Position numbers and translations under genes: made by a program | Assembly (NCBI GenBank): GCA_000435055.1 | Contig: FR879692.1 | Span: forward strand, 8,107-69,752 | Direction of reading: 5' to 3' | Source of the DNA: Clostridium sp. CAG:138 | GTDB lineage: Bacteria; Bacillota; Clostridia; Christensenellales; CAG-138 | Length of the DNA: 61,646 nucleotides | Part shown: positions 10,026-19,040 of the stretch, piece after piece | How positions within the stretch are numbered: position 1 is the first letter of the stretch | Layout: every line of letters begins with the position of its first letter | The notes under the pieces: model-generated | What the model was told of the DNA's origin: nothing | Database searches by the model: none | What the model saw: only the letters and a program-made list of their open reading frames with translations

Positions 10026-10883
10026 ATGAAAAAGAACTTGAACAAACTTCACCCGAATACATGCCGAGCTCTGCCGGAAGCTGCCGAGCACGGTACGGCG
10101 TTCTATGCCGTCATAGGAGATCCGATTGAACACAGTCGTTCCCCGGAAATATACGCGCCCATGTTCGGACAATTCGGCATCAATGCCGTTTTTTTGAAAA
10201 TCCGCGTAGTAGAATCGGAATTATGCCGCATACGCTCAATCGTGTCTGAGCGTTCACTGAGCGGATTTGCCGTTACAATGCCGCATAAAAAGGCAATTAT
10301 TCCGCTGCTTGACGGGATTGATGAAACTGCCGCCGAATGCGGCTCGGTAAACATCGTTACAATAAGCAATAACGGAAGCACCTTAATCGGACACAATACC
10401 GACGGCGACGGTTTGATAAACGCACTCAGGGAAACCGGAGCTGGGCTGAGCGGTGCGCAAGTTGTCATTCTCGGACACGGCGGCGCGGCAAACGGCGCAG
10501 CCGCTGCGCTTCTTCGTGCCGGAGCCGAAATCAGGTTCGTTACCCGTGATAAGAAGAACAGGATTGACATGTTTTCCGCAATTAAACATGCTGAAACAGA
10601 ATCCCGTCTTCTTTCTTCTGCCGACATTCTGATTAACGCAACTCCTATCGGTATGCATAACATGAACAACGACTGCTCCGATTATGAAGAGACTTCATTT
10701 CTGAATTGTCTTAAGCCCTCTTGCATTATTGCAGACATGGTCTATCGAACAAACGGCACAAAGCTCGTGCAGGATGCCGTACGCTTGGGCTTGACTGCCT
10801 TCGGCGGAGAGCGAATGCTCTTTCATCAGGGGAAACTGGCTTTTAAGCTTTGGACCGGGCTTGAATATATCCCCGAAAGCTGA
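10026..10883 (+). CDS. aroE: shikimate dehydrogenase
   Basis: 285 aa. Motifs VIGDPIEHSRSPEI, NTDGDG and a GHGGAA Rossmann segment. The start codon is uncertain because the RBS is weak. Confidence 0.85.
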   Translation: MKKNLNKLHPNTCRALPEAAEHGTAFYAVIGDPIEHSRSPEIYAPMFGQFGINAVFLKIRVVESELCRIRSIVSERSLSGFAVTMPHKKAIIPLLDGIDETAAECGSVNIVTISNNGSTLIGHNTDGDGLINALRETGAGLSGAQVVILGHGGAANGAAAALLRAGAEIRFVTRDKKNRIDMFSAIKHAETESRLLSSADILINATPIGMHNMNNDCSDYEETSFLNCLKPSCIIADMVYRTNGTKLVQDAVRLGLTAFGGERMLFHQGKLAFKLWTGLEYIPES

Positions 10884-10995
10884 ATTATCGCTGTTCGACT
10901 TTAAGGTTAAAGCCATGTGCTTCTTTCAGATTCAAACAATTACGCAAAAGCCCGCCGCAGTCAATGTTTGATATAATCCCCATAGAGTAGACACT

Positions 10996-11042
10996 TGAAA
11001 AAACAAAAGAATTCAAGGCTACACCAACAGTTTTCAGCCTTG
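10996..11042 (-). terminator. intrinsic terminator after the leuS / PNPOx-like gene pair
   Basis: CAAGGCT / AGCCTTG stem (11014-11042), followed on the minus strand by the T-rich run TTCTTTTGTTTTTT. Confidence 0.55.
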
Positions 11043-11072
11043 TGAAACAATTTCATCGCAATATGTTTCAAA

Positions 11073-11522
11073 TCAGAATTCGACTTCCAACGGTTCATTT
11101 GTGAACGAGCTGAACACTGCCTTTGCATTTTTGATGTAAAGAGCCTGTGTGTTTCCGTCGTTTTCATCGTACATTGCACGAAGCGACGGATAAGCATCCA
11201 GCATTGACCTGCGTGCTTCAACCCTGTTATCTTCAACAAGTTCCCCGCTCAGCCTAAGCCATTCACCCGTTTCTGCTTTAAACGCACAAAGTTCAAACTT
11301 GGGATTCGCTGCAAGCTGTTTTGAAACATCCTTCGCTCTGCCCGTTTGAATATACAGTTTGCCGTCAAAGATATGAATCGTGCCGAACGGACGTACTCTC
11401 GGCTGCTCGCCGTCCGCTGTTGCAAGGTAGTATGTCCCTGTATCCTTCAAAAACCGGCAAACTTTTTCCATTGCTTCGCGCGATGCAGCCGTTGCGCAGG
11501 TGTTTTCAGCATTTTCGTTCAT
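11073..11522 (-). CDS. pyridoxamine 5'-phosphate oxidase-like (split-barrel FMN-binding) protein
   Basis: Typical PNPOx-like pattern YYLATADGEQPRVRPFG...LYIQTGRAKDVSKQL. I moved the start to ATG 11522, which has RBS AGGAGG. The track start at 11612 would overlap the leuS 3' end. Confidence 0.7.
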   Translation of the reverse strand: MNENAENTCATAASREAMEKVCRFLKDTGTYYLATADGEQPRVRPFGTIHIFDGKLYIQTGRAKDVSKQLAANPKFELCAFKAETGEWLRLSGELVEDNRVEARRSMLDAYPSLRAMYDENDGNTQALYIKNAKAVFSSFTNEPLEVEF

Positions 11523-11542
11523 GTACGCTGCCTCCTGATTAA

Positions 11543-13954
11543 TTATTTTACAACGATGTTCACGATGTTGCGAACGGCAATGAATTTCACAATATTCTTG
11601 CCCTCGACCCACGGCAGAACTTCTTCATTTTCAAGCACAAGTTTGCGCAAAGCTTCCGTTTCCATGCCGACAGGTATGCTCATCTTTGCACGAACCCTGC
11701 CGTTGATCTGAACAGCAATTTCCATTTCATCCTTTACGAGAGCTGCCTCATCGAACTTCGGCCACTCAGTTTCATAAATCGGCTTGTCGAATCCGATGAC
11801 GCTGTTCATTTCCTCCGTGATATGCGGCGCAACGGGATTCATCAACACAAGCAGTGTGTGCAGCTCATCACGAGTGACATCGCCCTTTGCGTAAATATCG
11901 TTTACAAGGCTCATCATCGCCGCAATCGCGGTGTTGAACTTCATACGTTCGTAATCTTCACTTACCTTTTTGATGCAGCCGTGGACTGCCGGAGCAAGCT
12001 CCCTGCGAATGCCCTCGCCTTCCGTGAGCATATCCTGCAAACGCCACACACGCTCAAGGAATCTGCGGCAGCCCTTAACACCCGCCGTGCTCCACGGAAT
12101 CGTTTGGTCAAATGCGCCTATGAACATCTCATACATGCGCACGGTATCTGCACCGTATTCATTCACAAGGTCATCGGGATTGATAACATTGCCGAAAGAT
12201 TTGCTCATTTTTCTTCCGTCCTCGGCAAGAATCATTCCGTGGCTGGTGCGCTTCATATAAGGTTCCGGGCAGCTTACAACGCCGATATCATACAGGAATT
12301 TATGCCAGAATCTTGAGTACAGCAGATGCAGCGTTGTATGCTCCATTCCGCCGTTGTACCAATCCACGGGCAGCCAGTAATCGAGCTTTGCTTTATCCGC
12401 GATTGCGGTATCGTTATGCGGATCGCAATAGCGTATATAATACCAACTTGAACCCGCCCAATTGGGCATTGTATCTATCTCGCGTTCAGCAGGTGCACCG
12501 CATTTCGGGCAGGTGGTATGGATCCACTCTGTCGCCCTTGCAAGCGCGGATGAACCGTCTTCAGCCGGACGGAAGTCATCAAGTTCGGGCAATTTGAGCG
12601 GAAGTTCATCCTCCGGCACGGGAACCCAACCGCAATGATCGCAGTGAACCAGGGGTATCGGTTCTCCCCAGTAACGCTGACGGCTGAACAGCCAATCGCG
12701 GAGCTTGAAATTCGTCTTTTTCTTTCCGATGCCCTCTTCTTCAAGCCAATGAATCATTGCGTTCTTTGCGTCCGCAACCTGCATTCCGTTCAGGAAGCCG
12801 GAATTTACTAAGATACCGTTTTCGCAGTCCGTAAATGCCTCATTTTCAATGTTTCCGCCCGACACAACTTCAACTATCGGCAGTCCCATCTTCTTTGCAA
12901 AGGCATAATCCCTCGTGTCGTGTGCGGGAACAGCCATAATTGCGCCCGTTCCGTAACCCATGAGGACATAATCCGAAATCCATACGGGAATCGGATTGCC
13001 CGTTGCAGGATTAATTGCAGTGATGCCTTCAAGCGGCACGCCTGTTTTTTCCTTTGCAAGCTCGCTGCGCTCGAAATCGCTCTTGTGCGCCGCCTGTTCA
13101 CGATAAGCGTTAACGGCCTCCATATTTGTAATCTTATCAGCCATTGCGTTCACGATCGGATGCTCGGGTGCAACTACCATGTATGTTGCACCGAACAGCG
13201 TATCCGGGCGAGTGGTGAATATGCGCAGTCCTTCGGGATACCCTTCAATTTTGAAAGTTACTTCCGCACCGATGCTGCGGCCGATCCAGTTTTTTTGCGA
13301 TGATTTCACTCTGTCGATAAAATCAACGGTATCAAGGTCATCAATCAGCCTGTCTGCATATTCCGTTATGCGCAGCATCCACTGAGAACGAACCTTTCGC
13401 ACAACGGGCGAACCGCAGCGTTCGCAGTTGCCGTCAACGACTTCCTCATTCGCAAGACCAACCTTGCAGGAAGGGCAGAAATTGATAGGAAGCTCCGCTT
13501 TATATGCAAGGCCCTTTTCGAAAAGTTTCAGGAAAATCCACTGCGTCCAACGATAGTATGCAGGATCGGACGTATAGATTTCACGCGAGTAATCAAACGA
13601 AAATCCAAGCATTTTCAGCTGATTGTGAAAAACGCGCATATTGCGCTCAGTTACCTTTGCGGGGTGTTCGCCGGTTTTTATTGCATAATTCTCCGTCGGC
13701 AGACCGAAGCTGTCATAACCGATCGGGAAAAGGACATTGTAGCCTTCCATGCGGCGTTTTCTTGAAATAATATCCAACGCTGTGTTGCTGCGCGGATGAC
13801 CGACATGCAGCCCTGCTCCGCTGGGAAACGGAAATTCAATTAGAGCATAATATTTCGGCTTTGTAAAGTCGTCTTTTGCTTCAAAGCAATGCGTATCATC
13901 CCATATTTTTTGCCATTTTCTTTCGATTGGCAAATGTTCATAACGTTCACTCAT
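11543..13954 (-). CDS. leuS: leucine--tRNA ligase
   Basis: 803 aa. HIGH-type motif HVGHPRS, KMSKS motif GRKMSKSFGN, and a CP1 editing region. Confidence 0.97.
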   Translation of the reverse strand: MSERYEHLPIERKWQKIWDDTHCFEAKDDFTKPKYYALIEFPFPSGAGLHVGHPRSNTALDIISRKRRMEGYNVLFPIGYDSFGLPTENYAIKTGEHPAKVTERNMRVFHNQLKMLGFSFDYSREIYTSDPAYYRWTQWIFLKLFEKGLAYKAELPINFCPSCKVGLANEEVVDGNCERCGSPVVRKVRSQWMLRITEYADRLIDDLDTVDFIDRVKSSQKNWIGRSIGAEVTFKIEGYPEGLRIFTTRPDTLFGATYMVVAPEHPIVNAMADKITNMEAVNAYREQAAHKSDFERSELAKEKTGVPLEGITAINPATGNPIPVWISDYVLMGYGTGAIMAVPAHDTRDYAFAKKMGLPIVEVVSGGNIENEAFTDCENGILVNSGFLNGMQVADAKNAMIHWLEEEGIGKKKTNFKLRDWLFSRQRYWGEPIPLVHCDHCGWVPVPEDELPLKLPELDDFRPAEDGSSALARATEWIHTTCPKCGAPAEREIDTMPNWAGSSWYYIRYCDPHNDTAIADKAKLDYWLPVDWYNGGMEHTTLHLLYSRFWHKFLYDIGVVSCPEPYMKRTSHGMILAEDGRKMSKSFGNVINPDDLVNEYGADTVRMYEMFIGAFDQTIPWSTAGVKGCRRFLERVWRLQDMLTEGEGIRRELAPAVHGCIKKVSEDYERMKFNTAIAAMMSLVNDIYAKGDVTRDELHTLLVLMNPVAPHITEEMNSVIGFDKPIYETEWPKFDEAALVKDEMEIAVQINGRVRAKMSIPVGMETEALRKLVLENEEVLPWVEGKNIVKFIAVRNIVNIVVK

Positions 13955-13994
13955 AGATTTTTATTCTCCTTCTTGGTGTTGTTTCGAACTCAAT

Positions 13995-14300
13995 TCATAA
14001 AAAAACCCCCGCTCGAATGCGGCATTGACTGCCGATCCGAAGACGAGGGAAACACACGATAATCTGCCCACGCGGTACCACTCCGGTTGCTTTGCCGCAC
14101 ACTGAATATGCGCAGCAAAACCGCTCAATGCCCTTAACGCGGGCTTGCGTTTGCAGCTAATGCAGGAAAGCTTTTAATATTGAAACATGTCTCCCCTGCC
14201 TCGCGGCAAAAGCTCTGCGGTGAGCAACAAACCCCTTGCACCGTCTCGCACCATACCGACGGTTCTCTTATGCCTCTGAGTGTTTGTATATCCGCTTCAA
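13995..14300 (-). promoter_or_regulatory. T-box leader (tRNA-Leu sensing) with terminator/antiterminator
   Basis: Read on the minus strand. Stem I has an AG bulge and distal loop (AGAGAACCGTCGGTATGGTGCGAGACGG). The candidate specifier is CUC followed by A (complement of 14222-14224). The T-box sequence AGTGGTACCGCGTGGG is the complement of 14068-14083. A GC-rich hairpin with T7 follows just upstream of the leuS RBS. Confidence 0.75.
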
Positions 14301-14424
14301 AGCCGGTAGCATTATTAACATGATTTGCACATGACTTCCGTACTTCAGCAATTCGAACTGCGGCTGTCATCCAAGCATACTCTCGGTTAACGGAATGCAC
14401 TGCCGTTCACCTGATGCAAGTATA

Positions 14425-14452
14425 ATTATAGCCGTTTTTTTTCGTTTGTCAA
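14425..14452 (-). promoter_or_regulatory. candidate promoter for the leuS T-box leader
   Basis: On the minus strand: TTGACA (14452-14447), a 16-nt spacer, then TATAAT (14430-14425). Confidence 0.45.
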
Positions 14453-14542
14453 GAAAAAACCGACGCCATCAATTTTTGAACAATGCAGCTTGGGACCGAT
14501 TTCGCACAGAACGGTTTGATTTTCCGTTCGGAACTGTTTCCG

Positions 14543-15199
14543 TCACGCTGCCATGCTCATGAGTTTCTCCACCAAAGAGCGAACCCATCCGATAATTTCA
14601 TCTGTGTAAAGGTAACACAGCACTGCCGCAGCTGCAAAAAGCACCGCCGCTGTAAGCAGACCGATAAGCGCGGCACGCGCGTACGAACGACTGTTTTTGT
14701 TGATGCCCTCCGCAAATGCAAAAACGAACAGCACAACTATATTCACAATCGGAATCATGAACAGGAGCTTGCGCCAAATAAAGCTCCATGTACTTAACGG
14801 TTTCACCGGCGGCTGAACCGCGGCTGCAGACTCGCAAGGGGCAGCATTTTTTTTTGCAGACTCGCAAGGTGCAGCATTTTTATTCTTTTCTGTCGAAATT
14901 CTGTTTGCGGGCTGCGCTTTGAGATTATTATCGTTTGCCGCGCTCATTCGTTCGCCGCTGTTTTCGTCTGCGCCGGCGACGTCACTGTTTTCTGCAACGG
15001 TATTCCCTGAATTTGTTTCATGCGTTCCGTCCGCTGCATCCGATGTGAAAACCGCATCCATTACGGATGAGTCATCATTATTACTGTTCTCAGAAGCAGT
15101 CATTTTTTCCTGTTTAGGCAGATTATCGAGTCTTCCGCCGCACCCTGTGCAGAATAATGCCCCGTCAGCCGCCTCTTTACCGCAATTTGGACAAATCAT
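14543..15199 (-). CDS. zinc-ribbon membrane protein with low-complexity linker
   Basis: 218 aa. N-terminal MICPNCGK..FCTGCGG zinc ribbon, an acidic/Ser-Asn-rich linker, and two C-terminal TM helices. Confidence 0.7.
   Translation of the reverse strand: MICPNCGKEAADGALFCTGCGGRLDNLPKQEKMTASENSNNDDSSVMDAVFTSDAADGTHETNSGNTVAENSDVAGADENSGERMSAANDNNLKAQPANRISTEKNKNAAPCESAKKNAAPCESAAAVQPPVKPLSTWSFIWRKLLFMIPIVNIVVLFVFAFAEGINKNSRSYARAALIGLLTAAVLFAAAAVLCYLYTDEIIGWVRSLVEKLMSMAA
14825..14884. repeat. 2 x 30-bp tandem duplication inside the zinc-ribbon gene
   Basis: TGCAGACTCGCAAGGGGCAGCATTTTTTTT is followed by TGCAGACTCGCAAGGTGCAGCATTTTTATT. These encode KNAAPCESAK and KNAAPCESAA. Confidence 0.85.
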
Positions 15200-15585
15200 G
15201 TTTCACGTTTCCTTTCGATTTTTCGTTTGGTATTGACTCTGCAAAACAAAACCCTATGCAATGCCGCACTTTCATGAGTGCTTTGATTGGTTCTGAAGTT
15301 TTTCAAGTACACCCGGATACTCTCTTTGTGGATTTAAGCCCGAATCTGTGAACTTTCTCCGCAAAAGGTTACTTATCAAGGTTTACTCCGTTTGCCGATT
15401 ACACAATTTTCTTGCGTTTATATGTTATCACACTTTCATGTCCTTGTATACAGTCTTTTGCAAAATAACGAAAAGAATCCACATTTTCAACAAAAAATCC
15501 GCGGCAGAGTCAATTTCGTGCAAGCTTATTACACATATTTGTGACGCAATGCCCGTATGCTCGGAACGTGGACGCTCTCGGTTTT

Positions 15586-15638
15586 CAAAAAAACTCTGCC
15601 TCGGGCAGGTTCAATTTCCGAACCTGCCCGCAGCAGAG
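15586..15638 (-). terminator. intrinsic terminator after the acyl-CoA ligase gene
   Basis: CTCTGC-GGGCAGGTTC / GAACCTGCCC-GCAGAG two-tier stem, followed on the minus strand by T7. Confidence 0.75.
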
Positions 15639-15654
15639 CCGCTTGTTATTCAAA

Positions 15655-17400
15655 TCAACTTACGAGTTCCTTTGCAAGATCCGCATTGGCTTCCTTTTCA
15701 AGCACCGTGTATGCAATCTTGCCGACAAGAGTCTTCGGCAATTCCGAACGGAATTCGATAGTATACGGCATTGCGTATTTTGCAATATGCTTTTTGCAAT
15801 AGTTCAGAATATCCTGCCGCAGCTCCTCAGAGGGCTCGAACCCGTCCCTCAGGACAACGTATGCAAGCACTTTTTCCATCTTGTACGGATCTTTTACGCC
15901 AATGACGCAGCTCATCTGAACGGCATCGTGTCCGTCTATGATGTTTTCAAGCTGGGACGGATAAACGTTGTATCCGCTCGTAACAATCATTCGCTTAATG
16001 CGCTGTTTGAAATAGATGAATCCGTCCTTATCCATGCTGCCGAGGTCGCCCGTATGCAGCCACACATGGCCGTCCGAATGCGTGCGCAATGTGTTTGCAT
16101 TCTCTTCCTTGTGGTTGAGATAACCTATCATTACTGAAGGTCCGCGAAGGCAGATTTCGCCCAGTTCGCCGTAAGGAACTTCATCGTTTGTGCCGACAGC
16201 GCAAATCTGATAGTATGTGTCGGGATAAGGCAGACCGATGCTGCCCTCACGCTCCTGATTGTAAGGCGTAAGACAGCTTGCGGTAACGCATTCGGTCGTT
16301 CCGTAGCCCTCACGAACATGAACTGTTGCACCGTGCGCTTCAAGGAATGCATCGAATCTGCGTTTCAATTCAACCGAAAGCGAATCACCGCCCGAGAATA
16401 CGCCGCGCAGGTAGTCGAGTTTCTCGCCGTCAAGATAAGGATTGCGCGTTATCGCTTCAAACAGGGTCGGTACACCCGCGATATAATTGGGCTTTTCCTT
16501 TTTGATGAGCTCTGCATATTTCTTAACATTGAACTGAGGAACAAGAATGCTTGTTCCGCCGACTTCAAGCATCGTGTGTATGCAGACGCCGAGTCCGAAA
16601 CCGTGGAAAATCGGCATTGCCGCCAGCATTCTTGCATGACGCACAACGCTGTTGCACATAGCCGCGGTTTGCAGTCCGAGAGCATTAAAGTTCATTCCGC
16701 TGAGCTGAATGCCCTTCGTGACACCCGTTGTTCCGCCCGAAAACAGTATGACAGCCGTTTCATTCGCCGGCATATGAACGATATATTTTGCAAGATCGAC
16801 TTTTTTTCCGTTCCCGATAAAATCTTTCCAGAAGATAACGGAAGGATCCGCCTTGTTGACTTTGTTCTTTTTTGCATTCATCAGCTTGAATGCAGCGGAC
16901 TTGACGGCGCCGAGCTCATCTGCTGCGGAAGTTATGATAACCTTTTTGACAGGATATGTTTTTTCAACCTCCGCAACTTTTGAATAGAACTGATCGAGCG
17001 TCAGCAAATAGTCACTTTTTACTTCCTTAAGGTAGTAAATTATTTCGCTGACAGCCGAAAGCGGATGAATCATGCTTGCGACCGCACCGATTCGATTGAG
17101 TGCGTACATGCAGAACACCGCCTGCGGAACGTTCGGCATGCAAATTGTGACCATATCACCTTTTTTTACGCCGAGAGCTACAAATCCCGCAGCTGCTTGA
17201 TTGATTTTTTCAACAAGAACGGTGTAGCTGAATGTTTTGCCCATGAAGGAAATTGCAGGAAAATCCTTTTCCTTTTCTGCCGTCTTCAACACCGCATCCG
17301 CAATGCTCACATTCGGATACTCAAGGTGAAAAGGAACGTCACCGTAATTTGCCAGCCACGGTGCGCCCTGTTCCAACGGGTTCATTTGATTGTTTTGCAT
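15655..17400 (-). CDS. AMP-dependent acyl-CoA synthetase/ligase (long-chain fatty-acid-CoA ligase-like)
   Basis: AMP-binding motifs LFSGGTTGVTKG, EGYGTTE and HTGDLG..DGF..RIKRMI. I moved the start to ATG 17400 (MQNNQMNPLE), which has RBS AAAGGAA. Confidence 0.85.
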   Translation of the reverse strand: MQNNQMNPLEQGAPWLANYGDVPFHLEYPNVSIADAVLKTAEKEKDFPAISFMGKTFSYTVLVEKINQAAAGFVALGVKKGDMVTICMPNVPQAVFCMYALNRIGAVASMIHPLSAVSEIIYYLKEVKSDYLLTLDQFYSKVAEVEKTYPVKKVIITSAADELGAVKSAAFKLMNAKKNKVNKADPSVIFWKDFIGNGKKVDLAKYIVHMPANETAVILFSGGTTGVTKGIQLSGMNFNALGLQTAAMCNSVVRHARMLAAMPIFHGFGLGVCIHTMLEVGGTSILVPQFNVKKYAELIKKEKPNYIAGVPTLFEAITRNPYLDGEKLDYLRGVFSGGDSLSVELKRRFDAFLEAHGATVHVREGYGTTECVTASCLTPYNQEREGSIGLPYPDTYYQICAVGTNDEVPYGELGEICLRGPSVMIGYLNHKEENANTLRTHSDGHVWLHTGDLGSMDKDGFIYFKQRIKRMIVTSGYNVYPSQLENIIDGHDAVQMSCVIGVKDPYKMEKVLAYVVLRDGFEPSEELRQDILNYCKKHIAKYAMPYTIEFRSELPKTLVGKIAYTVLEKEANADLAKELVS

Positions 17401-17525
17401 ATTATTCCTTTCGATTTTTGGGAAAAATCGAAATACGCAGCAACACACGGAGGACAATGCGCGCATTTCTGTTTTGCGTCATTGTCCGACCGCTGTGCCG
17501 TTGTTCCGTTGTTGTTTGCGTTTGT

Positions 17526-18410
17526 TCAGAACTCAACAGGAGTCTGAATCGGCAGATCAAGCAATTCCGGCTCGCTGAGCAGTTTTTTTAGCAGCGTTAT
17601 ACTTTTTGCAAAATAAACGCCGTCCGCAATGCGTTCATCAACAGTCAGCCCGAGTCTCAGCGCCTCACGCATTTCATAGCTTCCGTCAGCGTTGAAGAAC
17701 GGGTGCAAATGTTTTTCATCAATAATAGCAAATAAAGAATTAGTGCCCCAGTTCGTCAGGTGATGATAGCTCGCATGCATCTTGATGCTTCCGAGATTGC
17801 TTATAAAAACGGATGAATTGTATGGGTCATCCTTTGTAAGCCATGTCGGAACCCAACCGTGATAATCCAGCCACATCAGAATGCCGACCACGATTCGAAG
17901 AAGAAAGCGCGGCATTTTTGTCAACGTTTCCATTGCGTCGGTCGTGCCGTCCGTCTTGTCGTGCTTGCGCACGGAAGTTACGAATTTTTCAACTTTATCG
18001 TGAATCTGATCAACCGGCGGCTGCCCCTGCCTGTCAATGTCTACAATCGCAAGTGCTTCATAGGAATTATCCTCGAAACGCTTTTTAACAACAAAGGAGA
18101 CACTCAATGCCTTGCGCTCGTAAACCCGATGTCCCGCAACAAAGCAATTCAACCTTGGGCGCAGGGTTACGGTTTTTGCAATAGCAGCGCAGAGCACATG
18201 AAACAAAGTGTACCTGAATGCGGGATTTGATGCATTCTTTTTTGCAACGTATTCATTCACGGCGGTAAGGTCGATAAGCTCGCTCATCACTGCCTCATTA
18301 TCGCACCTGTTCGGAAGCAGATACGGAATAAATTTGTGCATTGCATCAAGATCTCTCAAAAGGTATGCATCCTTGCGGTCGCCGCGGCGACGCTTTCGGT
18401 TTGTTTCCAT
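17526..18410 (-). CDS. stand-alone 2-oxoacid dehydrogenase E2-type (CAT-fold) acyltransferase catalytic domain protein
   Basis: 294 aa with no lipoyl or E3-binding domains. The C-terminal LTVDERIADGVYFAK matches the DHRxxDG active-site region of E2/CAT-like acyltransferases. Confidence 0.7.
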   Translation of the reverse strand: METNRKRRRGDRKDAYLLRDLDAMHKFIPYLLPNRCDNEAVMSELIDLTAVNEYVAKKNASNPAFRYTLFHVLCAAIAKTVTLRPRLNCFVAGHRVYERKALSVSFVVKKRFEDNSYEALAIVDIDRQGQPPVDQIHDKVEKFVTSVRKHDKTDGTTDAMETLTKMPRFLLRIVVGILMWLDYHGWVPTWLTKDDPYNSSVFISNLGSIKMHASYHHLTNWGTNSLFAIIDEKHLHPFFNADGSYEMREALRLGLTVDERIADGVYFAKSITLLKKLLSEPELLDLPIQTPVEF

Positions 18411-18479
18411 CGTATTGATTCTCCCATTGTTCAGCGGGTATTGGAAGCATCACGTATACTTCCCACTGTAAACATATCT

Positions 18480-18508
18480 ATTATAGCCCGCTGCGCCGCA
18501 TTTGTCAA
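18480..18508 (-). promoter_or_regulatory. consensus promoter for the acyltransferase / acyl-CoA ligase operon
   Basis: On the minus strand: TTGACA (18508-18503), a 17-nt spacer, then TATAAT (18485-18480). Confidence 0.55.
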
Positions 18509-18726
18509 ATTTTGTACCCGTTCAGGCCGCATTTTTTTGATACATATCTTTGGTTAATCCGACAGCACCGCTCCGTATGCCGCAATTCTGTTTCATCTGA
18601 CAACACTTCGAACGAGCCGCCGTTTTCATTTTGAACCTTGCACAACCTCGTTTTTTGTTTTATTACGCTCAGTAACTGCATTGAAGCAAAAAAGCATAAG
18701 AGGCAGTTTTTTTATACATGACGGTG

Positions 18727-18754
18727 TTGCAATCGCGTTTTATTATGATATAAT
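18727..18754 (+). promoter_or_regulatory. extended -10 promoter driving the cas6 leader and cas6
   Basis: TTGCAA (18727-18732), a 16-nt spacer, then TGaTATAAT (18746-18754). Confidence 0.6.
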
Positions 18755-18760
18755 GAGTGC

Positions 18761-19040
18761 GTGAAACAGATAATAAGACTTTTAAGCTGCCCGCAGCGGG
18801 CAAAAATGCAACAGCTTATGATGTGCGGAACCGCAGTTCGGTCGACATAATGCAATCAGCTTTACATTGTCTGATCGCGGCAATGCGGGTTATATATTTC
18901 ATGAACAGCCGTTCCGCAAAAAGACCGGTTAAAACTATACAGCAGGCATTGGTTTATTTCGTTTTCGGATAATCACCGAGTGCGGTATTTTATCGGGAAC
19001 CGTTCTTGTTTATTCTTTAAAAACTCAGAAAGGGACAACT
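18761..19040 (+). promoter_or_regulatory. about 280-nt untranslated leader / possible ncRNA upstream of cas6
   Basis: Predicted from the promoter position. Contains GC-rich hairpins GCCCGC-a-GCGGGC (18789-18801) nested in AAGCT/AGCTT, and TGCGG-aa-CCGCA (18824-18835). No convincing ORF or RBS appears until the AAAGGGA RBS of cas6. Confidence 0.35.

Noticed and set aside
11523-11612. N-terminal extension of the PNPOx-like ORF as given in the track.
   Set aside because: It would overlap the 3' end of leuS by 70 nt and encodes a Cys/His/Arg-rich junk-like peptide. ATG 11522 has a perfect AGGAGG RBS.
14134-14400. 88-aa minus-strand ORF upstream of leuS.
   Set aside because: It lies within the T-box leader RNA, overlapping stem I and the specifier region, and has no RBS.
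18757-18972. 71-aa ORF inside the cas6 leader.
   Set aside because: It starts at a GTG with no RBS, begins essentially at the predicted transcription start, and has no recognisable features. It is more likely non-coding.
18411-19040. I looked for a CRISPR array or degenerate repeats next to cas6.
   Set aside because: By eye, no direct repeat of 20 nt or more recurs in this interval or immediately downstream of cas6. Only isolated hairpins are present, and these are reported separately as a leader.
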